Below are positions 52,801 through 61,770 of a stretch of DNA of 64,000 nucleotides, piece by piece. The DNA lies in NCBI GenBank assembly GCA_044226015.1, contig JBGAHS010000001.1:1-64000 (forward strand), read 5' to 3'. The first letter of the stretch is position 1, and every line of letters starts with the position of its first letter. The notes below the pieces were generated by a model. That model had not been told where the DNA came from and did not search any database. It saw only the letters and a list, made by a program, of their open reading frames with translations. The translations under genes and the position numbers were made by a program. The stretch comes from Candidatus Obscuribacteraceae bacterium (GTDB lineage Bacteria; Cyanobacteriota; Vampirovibrionia; Obscuribacterales; Obscuribacteraceae).

Positions 52801-53700
52801 ATGAATTCATTCTGGAAAATTGTCGCTACTCTTCTTTATGCTCTGTTTTTTCCGTCAATGACTTTGGCAGATCAAATCGTAGGGCAACATTACACTCTTC
52901 CTGGAACCCAAGTTCGGGAACTTCATTCTGAAATTGTGGGCATTGATTATCGGCTATACATCAGTCTTCCGAGAGATTACGACAAAGCAAATTCTTCAAA
53001 TTATCCGGTCGTTTTTCTCCTGGATGCGAACTATACTTTTGCGATGTATCAGAGTATAGTCACATTTCTTGCTGATGAAGACGAGCTACCCCCAATGATT
53101 TTAGTGGGAATTGGCTATCGTGATGTCGAGGATGAAAAGCATGGTGCTTTGTTCAAAACGAATCGAACACGGGACTACACGCCATTTCACGTTGCCGCTG
53201 GAGGGTATGGTCCGGAGTTCGATAAGCAATCAGGTGGTGCTAACCGCTTTCTTGATTTTATCGAACAAGAACTCAAGCCATTTCTTGTGGCCAATTTTCG
53301 AATCAAGAAGGATGATTTCACATTGGCAGGCAATTCATTTGGAGGATTGCTAGGTAGTTATGCTTTGCTATCTCGCCCAGGTCAGTTTCAGAGGTTCCTC
53401 ATAGTTAGCCCTTCCCTTTGGTACGATAAACGCAAGATGTTTTCGGTGGAAAACAGTTTTCTTCTAAGCCACAGGGATTTGCCTGCACGTGTTTTCTTTT
53501 GCGTCGGGGGTGACGAACGAGCCAGTCGAGGATTTACCGAGATGGTGGGCGACCTGAAGTCGTTCGTTGGCAAATTGCAAGCACAGAAGTATCCCAAATT
53601 TCGAAGTCAGCTTTGGATAGCGCCAGATGAAGGGCACCACAGCGTATTTGCGCCCGCAGCGATGCGAGGGATGCGTTGGCTGTTCTCAAACTCAAAATGA
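52801..53700 (+). CDS. Secreted alpha/beta hydrolase (IroE/Fes-like esterase)
   Basis: YPVVFLLDAN, RTRDYTP, nucleophile elbow GNSFGG and SPSLW. Confidence 0.9.
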   Translation: MNSFWKIVATLLYALFFPSMTLADQIVGQHYTLPGTQVRELHSEIVGIDYRLYISLPRDYDKANSSNYPVVFLLDANYTFAMYQSIVTFLADEDELPPMILVGIGYRDVEDEKHGALFKTNRTRDYTPFHVAAGGYGPEFDKQSGGANRFLDFIEQELKPFLVANFRIKKDDFTLAGNSFGGLLGSYALLSRPGQFQRFLIVSPSLWYDKRKMFSVENSFLLSHRDLPARVFFCVGGDERASRGFTEMVGDLKSFVGKLQAQKYPKFRSQLWIAPDEGHHSVFAPAAMRGMRWLFSNSK

Positions 53701-53779
53701 ATGAATACGCCGCAGTCGAGGCTTGTTCTTCTCAGAAGCCTGCGCTGCGGCGTATTCACATCGGGTTGGTTGGGCTGGT
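53693..53779 (-). ncRNA. Candidate sibling sRNA copy 5 (type B hairpin and promoter)
   Basis: Same 20-nt core at 53760-53779; 13-bp stem gaatacgccgcag/ctgcggcgtattc; promoter CGCAC-N6-TCCAC-N10-TAGTAT at 53786-53817. Confidence 0.6.
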
Positions 53780-53959
53780 AAGAAGATACTATTGCCAATT
53801 TGTGGAATTTTTGTGCGCAAGAATGTGGGTTACACGTACACAAATCTGTATTGACTTAGCTAGGTTCGCGCTAAATTTAATCTCCGTGACGTACAAAGGT
53901 ACAATTCTGTAATATCTTGTTTTTATTCTCGTTTGTGGATGGCGAGCGAGGGGACGGTA

Positions 53960-55672
53960 ATGGCTGAGGGCGAGAAGGACAAATTGGTTCTTGCGGTTGC
54001 GCCGGAAGATAGCGCTAATTCCTCATCTACGCAACTTAGAAATGAGGCAGATAATGCGTTTAATGAAGCCTATTTCTCAGCCAGGCGCCTCCGCAATGAT
54101 ATTTCTGGCTTACCCCCTGAAGACAGACGCAAGTGGCTGAACGTGGAGATAGAGCTGGTTGAGAGCCAAAACCCAAAATCGCGTGAAGCAACACTTGCGA
54201 AGAGAAAAGAACAGTTTCCTGAATTGGATTTGAAGGCTAGCCAGCTTCTAGACACACTTAAAACGGCAGAAGACTTGCAAGCCCGTTCAGAAGACAAGGC
54301 TCGCAAAGAATACGCTATGAAAAAGTTTGGAACTGAGCTGGTGGCGGACTACTTGCAAGGTGTGCGTTTCCTCGGAATTAGTGAAGGTAAGAAGGACTAT
54401 TTTTCAGGTCTCTTGTCGCCGACAAAGGCAAAGTCCAGCTTGTTTCTCGATTTACCTTCGGATATGAAACTCGGCAATTCTTTGTTTTCTGGCGCAAGAA
54501 CGGATGTATCGTTAACTTCTGTTTGGGCAAAAAGAGAAGCCAGCGAGTTCTCTGCTTACCCCACCTCAGTTGACCGACTGAAACTCCACCAGGACGAGAT
54601 AGTTTCGCGATTTGATGCTATTCTAATGGGCGAATTCGGAAAATTCTTGCGGGACGATATGGCTGCTCTTTTCGGCAGCAAGTATGCTTCTGCTGACGAA
54701 AAAACTGCGTTTGTCAAACAAGTGGCAAGGCTCATGGATGGTACTGACCCTAAATCACCAACCGCACATGCCAATTATTTGCTTGCGTTGCTGATGATCA
54801 GGAATGCGGGAAGTATCGACAGGATAGATCAAGGTAGTAATGGAACATGCGCCATTCAATCGTTGGAAAAGCGATTGATCGCGCGTAACCCAGGGCTTTT
54901 GTCAGAAAAAATGGTAGACCTGATGCTAAATGATAAGTTCGAGTTTGGTACCGCAGGTAGTACTGTCTCGTTGAAGCCTGAGTGGAAGTATTCGTCAAAT
55001 CCTAATTCCTATGCATACCCACCAATAGATGGGGAACGGAATTTCGCCAGTCATGTGGCAACAATGGTATTAGCAAATGCGCGATTTGAGCTGCACAATA
55101 AAAGCTATGGCACACAACTCCGCTATGGTCAGCATGAGGGTAAAGATGCTCTTTTCGATTGTTCAGGGAAAGAACCAAAGCTGGTCTACGGAGTTTCGGG
55201 CAAGAAAGTTGACCTTGAGCCTGTTGCAATAAGGAATACGTGGAAAGGAACAGAGAAGCTGCACAAAAAGCCGGTCTCTGATCCAATGGTTAGTTTGTCA
55301 AATGTGCTCGATACTTATGAGGCTTTCACTGGGCAGAGCGCTTCGAAGATTTCGCTGCAGTCCTATGATGCGGCGCGTCTTCCAGGGTCTTTGTATCAAC
55401 TACTGACGGCAACCGAAGATGTTCGAGATAAGAGAGCTCTGGTATACAGGAACCCAGGAGAGCTAGAGGAGCAGTTATTGCAAGCAAAACAGAGAGACGC
55501 TTACCCACTTCTTTTTCAGCAGCCGGGACATTTGACCACGGTCAATTACTACGATAGTACAAGAAGACGAGCGGGTTACGACAATCAATGGGGGAAAGCG
55601 AATGACGCGAAAGGAGGGCTTTCGCCTGAGTCTTTAAATAAGTTTGGCGACATGATCGTAGTCTTTAAATGA
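53960..55672 (+). CDS. Orphan protein with papain/calpain-like Cys-His-Asn motifs
   Basis: IDQGSNGTC, GHLTTV and DNQWG; ATG at 53960 after GAGGGG. Confidence 0.7.
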   Translation: MAEGEKDKLVLAVAPEDSANSSSTQLRNEADNAFNEAYFSARRLRNDISGLPPEDRRKWLNVEIELVESQNPKSREATLAKRKEQFPELDLKASQLLDTLKTAEDLQARSEDKARKEYAMKKFGTELVADYLQGVRFLGISEGKKDYFSGLLSPTKAKSSLFLDLPSDMKLGNSLFSGARTDVSLTSVWAKREASEFSAYPTSVDRLKLHQDEIVSRFDAILMGEFGKFLRDDMAALFGSKYASADEKTAFVKQVARLMDGTDPKSPTAHANYLLALLMIRNAGSIDRIDQGSNGTCAIQSLEKRLIARNPGLLSEKMVDLMLNDKFEFGTAGSTVSLKPEWKYSSNPNSYAYPPIDGERNFASHVATMVLANARFELHNKSYGTQLRYGQHEGKDALFDCSGKEPKLVYGVSGKKVDLEPVAIRNTWKGTEKLHKKPVSDPMVSLSNVLDTYEAFTGQSASKISLQSYDAARLPGSLYQLLTATEDVRDKRALVYRNPGELEEQLLQAKQRDAYPLLFQQPGHLTTVNYYDSTRRRAGYDNQWGKANDAKGGLSPESLNKFGDMIVVFK

Positions 55673-55693
55673 GGCGATGATCAGAAAAATTGG

Positions 55694-55765
55694 AAATGAA
55701 AACGCCACAGACAGGCTTTAAGAGCCATTACTGCGGCGTATTCATATCGGGTTGGTTGGGCTGGT
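55694..55765 (-). ncRNA. Candidate sibling sRNA copy 6 (type B)
   Basis: Core at 55746-55765; stem has a G-U pair on the minus strand; promoter at 55773-55804. Confidence 0.6.
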
Positions 55766-56032
55766 AAGTAAGATACTATTGCCAAATTGTGGAATTTTTG
55801 TGCGCAAAAAAGTTGCTTCCACGTACAGCAAATCTGATTTGCCCTCGCAAGGTTCGCGCTAAATCTAATCAGAGTGTTCGCCGCACCAAGGCGAACGTAA
55901 CTTTGCCAATTTGTTCTGAAATTGATGCAGTCGCTGTTCGGGTCAAGCAGTTGGAAGTAGCTCTGGAATAGGATGTATGTTTTTCGCTGAATCTTAGCGC
56001 GAAGTTGAAAATCAAAGCATCAATTCTTGCTC

Positions 56033-56091
56033 AAAGCAAAAACGCACCGGCAGATGCCAGTGCGTTTTTACATCGGGTTGGTTGGGCTGGT
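56033..56091 (-). ncRNA. Candidate sibling sRNA copy 7 (type A)
   Basis: Core at 56072-56091; same stem with a different loop; promoter GTCAC-gaagat-GTCAG-N10-TATATT. Confidence 0.65.
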
Positions 56092-56294
56092 GAATTAAAT
56101 ATAAGATCGTTAGCTGACATCTTCGTGACATTGAGGTACCACCTGCCAGATCTTCCGAAAGTTCTATCATGAGGCTGATTCTGGGCTTTTTTTTCTTTTC
56201 AAAGAATTAGTTGGGCAGGGAAGACTAAACGAGATCTCTTGCTAACTTCCCGGCGCTGTGAAATGATGCTCAGCCTGCGTTTAGAGCTAATTGT

Positions 56295-57428
56295 ATGCAA
56301 CTCGGTTCCGCAGTTCTGGAAAAAACGTCAGCTTCCACGTCGGAGGCTACTGTTGCATCGCCAATTTCATACCTTCCTTTTCTTGATGGATTGCGTGCAA
56401 TTTCAATTCTCCTGGTGTTGGGTTTTCACCAGCTTGGACCTGTTACGGGGTGGATTGGTGGGCAATTGAATGGATGGGTTGGCGTAGACCTGTTCTTTAT
56501 TATCAGTGGCTATCTGATCAGTTCAATATTGCTTAAAGAGCAAGAAAAAAAAGGAACTTTCAGTCTAAAGAACTTCTATGTGCGCCGTTGGCTGAGGATT
56601 TGTCCTGCATACTATACGTTTTTGCTTTTTATGCTGGGTTTTATGTTATTCCGTGGTGGTTCTGATTTCTCAGCCTTCGCGATGGCAGGGCTTTATTTAA
56701 CTAACATTGATATGTGCGCGTCATGGGGGCTGATTCCTGCTACGACTGGATTGTTGCATTCGTGGTCTCTTAGCGTGGAAGAACAGTTTTACCTGTTGTG
56801 GCCAGGCGCTATGAAATTGTCTGGTAAACGAGCATTCGCCGTCTGTATGTTCGTTCTGGTTGCGGCCTATTTGTGGAGATTTTATCTAGCCAGTACAGGT
56901 GCCTCATGGCTTCGCCTGTCGGTTGGTCTTGATACCAAGCTCGATTCGATTATGTTGGGTGTTGCAGTTGCTTTCCTCTGGCGTAGTGAGATGTGGCGCA
57001 ACAAATTGATGCTGATCAAATCGTCTCTCGCTCAGTGTTTTATCGGGGTGGCGTTGCTTGTGGCATGCCATTTCTTGGGTCACCCAGCAACAGAGACTAA
57101 TCAGGTGTTGTTTTGGGGTGTGAAACTACCAGTGGTGCTGATGCTCATGGTGGCATTGTTGGTCAGCTTGCTCGCTAATCAGACTAGCAGGCTTGCAGCG
57201 GTTCTATCTAGCAAGCCCATGATTTGGGTTGGACGCTTGTCCTACAGCCTCTATCTCTGGCATGTAATCGTGAATTTCCCTTGTACAGACGGAATATTTC
57301 AGGCGCTTTGCCACCATAAGCGGTATCTTGTTGAATTGGCAAAATATGCAACTTGCATTGGCTTCGCTTCTGCTTCGTATTACTGGGTTGAGCAACCCTT
57401 TCTTAAGCTAAAAGGAAAGTTCTCATAG
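56295..57428 (+). CDS. Acyltransferase family 3 (OafA-like O-acetyltransferase)
   Basis: LDGLRAISILLV, GVDLFFIISGYLI, HSWSLSVEEQFY and SYSLYLWH. Confidence 0.93.
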   Translation: MQLGSAVLEKTSASTSEATVASPISYLPFLDGLRAISILLVLGFHQLGPVTGWIGGQLNGWVGVDLFFIISGYLISSILLKEQEKKGTFSLKNFYVRRWLRICPAYYTFLLFMLGFMLFRGGSDFSAFAMAGLYLTNIDMCASWGLIPATTGLLHSWSLSVEEQFYLLWPGAMKLSGKRAFAVCMFVLVAAYLWRFYLASTGASWLRLSVGLDTKLDSIMLGVAVAFLWRSEMWRNKLMLIKSSLAQCFIGVALLVACHFLGHPATETNQVLFWGVKLPVVLMLMVALLVSLLANQTSRLAAVLSSKPMIWVGRLSYSLYLWHVIVNFPCTDGIFQALCHHKRYLVELAKYATCIGFASASYYWVEQPFLKLKGKFS

Positions 57429-57514
57429 CTTTTTCGAGCTAGTGGCTGCAATCTCATATCTGCGAAAAATATTCCTGATGATCTCTACGCTTTGTTTGAA
57501 ATCAACGTTTGCAG

Positions 57515-60016
57515 CTATAAGGCGCCAGCTGCCTGGTTCTTCGCGTTTTCGCTAAAGTTGTGCAAATTACTTGCATAACGTGGGTTGTCCGGATACAACG
57601 TTACCGCTCGCTTCTCGTACTGCACAGCTTCTTTATATTTGGCTTGTTTGTTTAGCTGCACTGCATAAGAGTTGAGTGCGTAAGCGTACATTTGGTTGAT
57701 TTCCATGTTGTTCGGATTTAATTTGTAGGCTTGTTCGTACTTCTGGCAGGCTGCCGCCCACTGCTTGCTTTCGCAAAGTTGAGTACCCTCTTTAGAGAGC
57801 GCCGCTTGCTGGTCAAGTACATTGTTGCCACCGGGCGCGCCACCACCGTTCATGCCGCTGTTTTGATTTCCTGATGATGGTGGAATGGTTCCGCCTGATT
57901 GTGATGCTATAAAGTCTTGGATCTTTGCCAGCAAGCCACCGCCATGTCCACCTGAGGCACCGCCCATGCCGCCCATTGGACCGCCAGCGCCAATGCCGCC
58001 CATCGGACCGCCGCCGCCCATGCCGCCCATTGGACCACCGCCGCCCATACCTCCCATGGGTCCGCCCATGCCACCCATCGGACCGCCCATGCCTCCCATG
58101 GGTCCACCCATGCCTCCCATAGGTCCACCGCCGCCCATCTGTCCGTTGGGCATGCCCGACGAGAAGGGAGTGCGACGAAGCACTGGCATCGGGCGCGCCG
58201 GAGGCATGTGTCTGCCTGCTTTCAGGTGGTATTGACGAAAGAACTGATTGGCTGGTGCGCTGCCATGTGCCTGCTTCGATTTAGCAGAGACCGGATGCGA
58301 GGGCACTTGCTCGACGATTGAGTTGAATCGCCCTTGCGAGCCATCTGCGGAATCAAGCAAATTATTCATCTGATTGAAAGATAACGATTGCTGCGGTTTG
58401 GGCTGGGACGAAGAAGGCTTTGGAGACGGTTGCTTTGCCGATGCTTGGGCTGAGGGTAGCTTGGCTGCAGCCAACGCATTCGCTTTGTCTAAGAGCCCAG
58501 GTGCTTCCGTGACCGGCGCATTAGCAACATCGGGTTCAACAAATGCAGAAGGCTTCGGAGCCGGATTTGCCGATGGCGTGTCTTTTGAATTGTTGTTGGT
58601 TTGACTGCCGGGTTGGTTGCTGCTAGATGATGATACTGCTGGTGGTGCTTGGGTCGTCTTTAAAAGGAAAAAAGCAAAAACCGACCCGAATCCAAAAAAC
58701 ACCAGTGCCATGCTGGCAAGTAAACCAAGTGTCTTCGGGTTGAGGCTGTCCAGCCCCAACGCAGCCAGCTTGCTTCCAATACCTTTGTCTTTGTCATCGG
58801 ATTTTTTGCCGGCTATCTTTTTCGATTTTGCTCCCTTTGCGGGGGCTTCATGTCCGCGGACGGCTGCCTCTGAAGGCGCTGCTGCTTTCTTGGGCGTTCT
58901 ATTATTTCGGACTTCTGCTTCGTCGCTCTGTTCAGACTGAACATCTTGCTTGCCAGAGGTCTTACCGGACTCTCTGTTCAAAGGTCGTTCTGCTGGTTCT
59001 CGTTCTTGTCTGGCTCCTGCGCCTGTGCCGGCACCTGGTGGTTCTGGAGGGCGCTTTGGAGCAGCAGTGCCTCCCGAGAATAATTGCTCTGGAGGTAAAA
59101 CCTTGATTCCTGATTCTGCAGCTGATGAAGGTTTCAGTGAATCAAGAAGCTCCTTCTTCAGGTGAATCATTGTGTCGTATCGATCTTTTGGCTGCTTAGC
59201 CAAACATCGTAGAACAACATCTTCAAGGCGCTTAGGTATATCAGGATTGACAGCAACCTGGTGAAAAGGTCTTGGAGTGTCATGCACATGCATGTAGATG
59301 GTGTCATATACGGTGGCGCCACGCAGAGGTGGCGTTCCAGTCAAGCACTCGTATAAGCAAACTCCGAGCGAATAGATATCAGTTCGTGCATCAAGTTCCT
59401 GATACATACATTGCTCAGGACTCAAATAGATGGGACTGCCGCAAACCTCTCCCGTCATGGTGATGGCTTCTGCTTCTTCGTCTTCGCTACCATGCACGAT
59501 TTTTGCGACGCCGAGGTCCACAATCTTCACCGTTTCGGTTCCGTCGTCATTTTTGACGACCAGCATATTCGCCGGCTTCAGATCTCTGTGAATGACTCCG
59601 CGCTGATGCGCATGGTACAGTCCGTCTGCCACCTGTGAGAACAGGGCAACAGCTCTTTCCGGAATAAGATAGCGCTCGCGCTTCATGATTTCGTACAGAG
59701 ACTGACCGCTAACAAATTCCATAACAAGATATGGATCATTGTTAGCCATATTTCCAAAGTCAACCAGCCCAATCAGGTTTGGGTGGTTAAGTCTGTTGGC
59801 CATCTGTGCTTCGCGCACAAAGCGCTTTTGTGTACGATCGTCAGTAGTGCGTTGCAGTCTTAACGTCTTGATAGCGACTATTCTGCCCAACACGTCGTGG
59901 CGACATTTGTAGACCATTCCCATGCTGCCGGAACCGAGAACCGACAAGATTTCGTAGCGACCAATGCGGTCACCAATCTTGAGTTCTTCGTTGTACGAAT
60001 TCGCCATTACCCTCAC
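57515..60016 (-). CDS. Hanks-type Ser/Thr kinase with a TM helix, a Gly/Met/Pro low-complexity region and a C-terminal TPR
   Basis: GSGSMGMVY, HRDLKPAN, DLG and YLSPEQ; TPR YEQAYKLNPNN. Confidence 0.92.
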   Translation of the reverse strand: MRVMANSYNEELKIGDRIGRYEILSVLGSGSMGMVYKCRHDVLGRIVAIKTLRLQRTTDDRTQKRFVREAQMANRLNHPNLIGLVDFGNMANNDPYLVMEFVSGQSLYEIMKRERYLIPERAVALFSQVADGLYHAHQRGVIHRDLKPANMLVVKNDDGTETVKIVDLGVAKIVHGSEDEEAEAITMTGEVCGSPIYLSPEQCMYQELDARTDIYSLGVCLYECLTGTPPLRGATVYDTIYMHVHDTPRPFHQVAVNPDIPKRLEDVVLRCLAKQPKDRYDTMIHLKKELLDSLKPSSAAESGIKVLPPEQLFSGGTAAPKRPPEPPGAGTGAGARQEREPAERPLNRESGKTSGKQDVQSEQSDEAEVRNNRTPKKAAAPSEAAVRGHEAPAKGAKSKKIAGKKSDDKDKGIGSKLAALGLDSLNPKTLGLLASMALVFFGFGSVFAFFLLKTTQAPPAVSSSSSNQPGSQTNNNSKDTPSANPAPKPSAFVEPDVANAPVTEAPGLLDKANALAAAKLPSAQASAKQPSPKPSSSQPKPQQSLSFNQMNNLLDSADGSQGRFNSIVEQVPSHPVSAKSKQAHGSAPANQFFRQYHLKAGRHMPPARPMPVLRRTPFSSGMPNGQMGGGGPMGGMGGPMGGMGGPMGGMGGPMGGMGGGGPMGGMGGGGPMGGIGAGGPMGGMGGASGGHGGGLLAKIQDFIASQSGGTIPPSSGNQNSGMNGGGAPGGNNVLDQQAALSKEGTQLCESKQWAAACQKYEQAYKLNPNNMEINQMYAYALNSYAVQLNKQAKYKEAVQYEKRAVTLYPDNPRYASNLHNFSENAKNQAAGAL
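57960..58140 (-). repeat. Coding repeat (GGPMGGM)n, about 7 units
   Basis: Visible in both the translation and the DNA. Confidence 0.9.
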
Positions 60017-60147
60017 CGCGCATAGTCTGAGTGACTTGCGAAAAATTCAATGAATATGGCCGCTGGGCGACCATCTTTAATATGCGCTTTTCTTTAGTAA
60101 TTCTAACGGCATAGCGTACCCGTAGCAAATCGGCATGTCAAGATAAA

Positions 60148-61635
60148 TTAACCTTGTGGTGAGCCGGTTTTCGGCTTATTCTTGCTGGCCCAGAAGTAGT
60201 AGATTGGCAGACCGGCAAGAATTATCAGAAGCCCGAAGCCTGCCCAGTCCGGCTGTTTATACATTTGCCCCAACATAACTAACGCTGCAGAAACTATGTA
60301 AAAGACAGGCAAAAAAGGGTAAAAGATGACTTTATACGGCCTTGGTAAGTTCGGCTCACGAACACGGAGAACCATTACTGCACCGACAGTCAGAATGTAG
60401 AAGAGGAGTGCGGCAAACACAACGAAGTTGAGTAAATCGCCGTAAGTGCCTGAAGTGGCAAGTATTGCCGACCATATTCCTTGAACCACCAGTCCAAAAG
60501 TCGGAACGCCCGTTTGCGGGTGTAAAATACCTGCTTTTTTGAAGAAAAGCCCATCCTTAGACATCGCATAATAGACTCTTGCGCCCGCAAGTATCAGTCC
60601 GTTCAAGCAGCCAAAGGTTGAAACCATGATGGCAGCCGCCATAATGCTTTTACCCATAGGACCGAATATGACTTCTGCGGCTGCTGTTCCGACTCTGTCT
60701 TCTAGGGCGTGTTGAATGCCCCTTGCTGCTACAGTGGCACCGTCTGCGGTGCCATGCAAGGGTAGCAGGCACAGGTATACGATGTTCGCAAGAATGTATA
60801 AAGTTACGACGATTAGCGTTCCAATAGCCAGGCTCTTCGGCAGTACTTTCTCTGGTTCTTTTACTTCTTCGCCAGCGAAAGTGATATTGTTCCATGCGTC
60901 GCAAGAAAACAAAGTTCCCACCATTGCTAATCCTAACGTCAACATCAGGTCAATGCCTTCAATCGGCACACCCTTCTCTGTAACTGCGCTGAACATGTTG
61001 GTGAAATTAACCGAGGCGCCAGCGAATTTGTCTACCGAAAGAAAACCTAGGACGATAATTGCGGCAAGTGCAAAAACTTTTGCTGCTGTGAAAGTTGTTT
61101 GAATTACTTTTGCGGCTTCAATTCCGCGGCAATTGACTGCTGTTAGTAGCGCGATTAGAGACACCGCTACACACTGCAATACGCTCACATGCCAGTTGCC
61201 CACGCTGAATATGACGTTTTGGTTGCTGACAAAAGGAACAAAGACACCAAGAAATTTTGCAAAGCCCACTCCGACTGCTGCGATGGTGCCCGACTGAATC
61301 ACACTAAACAAGGTCCAGCCGTAGAGGAAAGCAGCCAACGGACCATATGTTTTTCGCAGAAAGACATACTGACCTCCTGCGTGTGGAAACATCGCAGCTA
61401 GTTCGCTGTAAGCGAGTGCAGCAGCCATAGTCAAAACACCAGCGAAGCCCCAGCAAAAAAGAAGCCAACCGCTAGAGCCCACATTTCGGGCAGTTTCAGC
61501 TGATACTAGAAATATGCCAGAGCCTATCATAGAGCCGACAACAACGGCGACAGAGTCAACAAGCCCAAGCGCGCGTTTGAATTGTCCACCTTCTTGCGGT
61601 GATGGTGCTGATGCGTCAGCGATTTCGGATGTCAT
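60148..61635 (-). CDS. APC-family amino acid permease
   Basis: GSMIGSGIF, YSELAAMFPHAGGQY, GEEVKEP and ARVYYAMSKDG; multiple TM helices. Confidence 0.93.
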   Translation of the reverse strand: MTSEIADASAPSPQEGGQFKRALGLVDSVAVVVGSMIGSGIFLVSAETARNVGSSGWLLFCWGFAGVLTMAAALAYSELAAMFPHAGGQYVFLRKTYGPLAAFLYGWTLFSVIQSGTIAAVGVGFAKFLGVFVPFVSNQNVIFSVGNWHVSVLQCVAVSLIALLTAVNCRGIEAAKVIQTTFTAAKVFALAAIIVLGFLSVDKFAGASVNFTNMFSAVTEKGVPIEGIDLMLTLGLAMVGTLFSCDAWNNITFAGEEVKEPEKVLPKSLAIGTLIVVTLYILANIVYLCLLPLHGTADGATVAARGIQHALEDRVGTAAAEVIFGPMGKSIMAAAIMVSTFGCLNGLILAGARVYYAMSKDGLFFKKAGILHPQTGVPTFGLVVQGIWSAILATSGTYGDLLNFVVFAALLFYILTVGAVMVLRVREPNLPRPYKVIFYPFLPVFYIVSAALVMLGQMYKQPDWAGFGLLIILAGLPIYYFWASKNKPKTGSPQG

Positions 61636-61770
61636 GAAACTCCTCCAGAGGCTGCGTATTATTGTAGTGGGTTAGGACTGAATTATTGGTATTGCTGGAA
61701 AATATGAGGGTGGTTTCAGTTTCTGAAATCCGTCTTTTGGTGTGTTGTTGATTCTCTAGACGAGGAGAAC

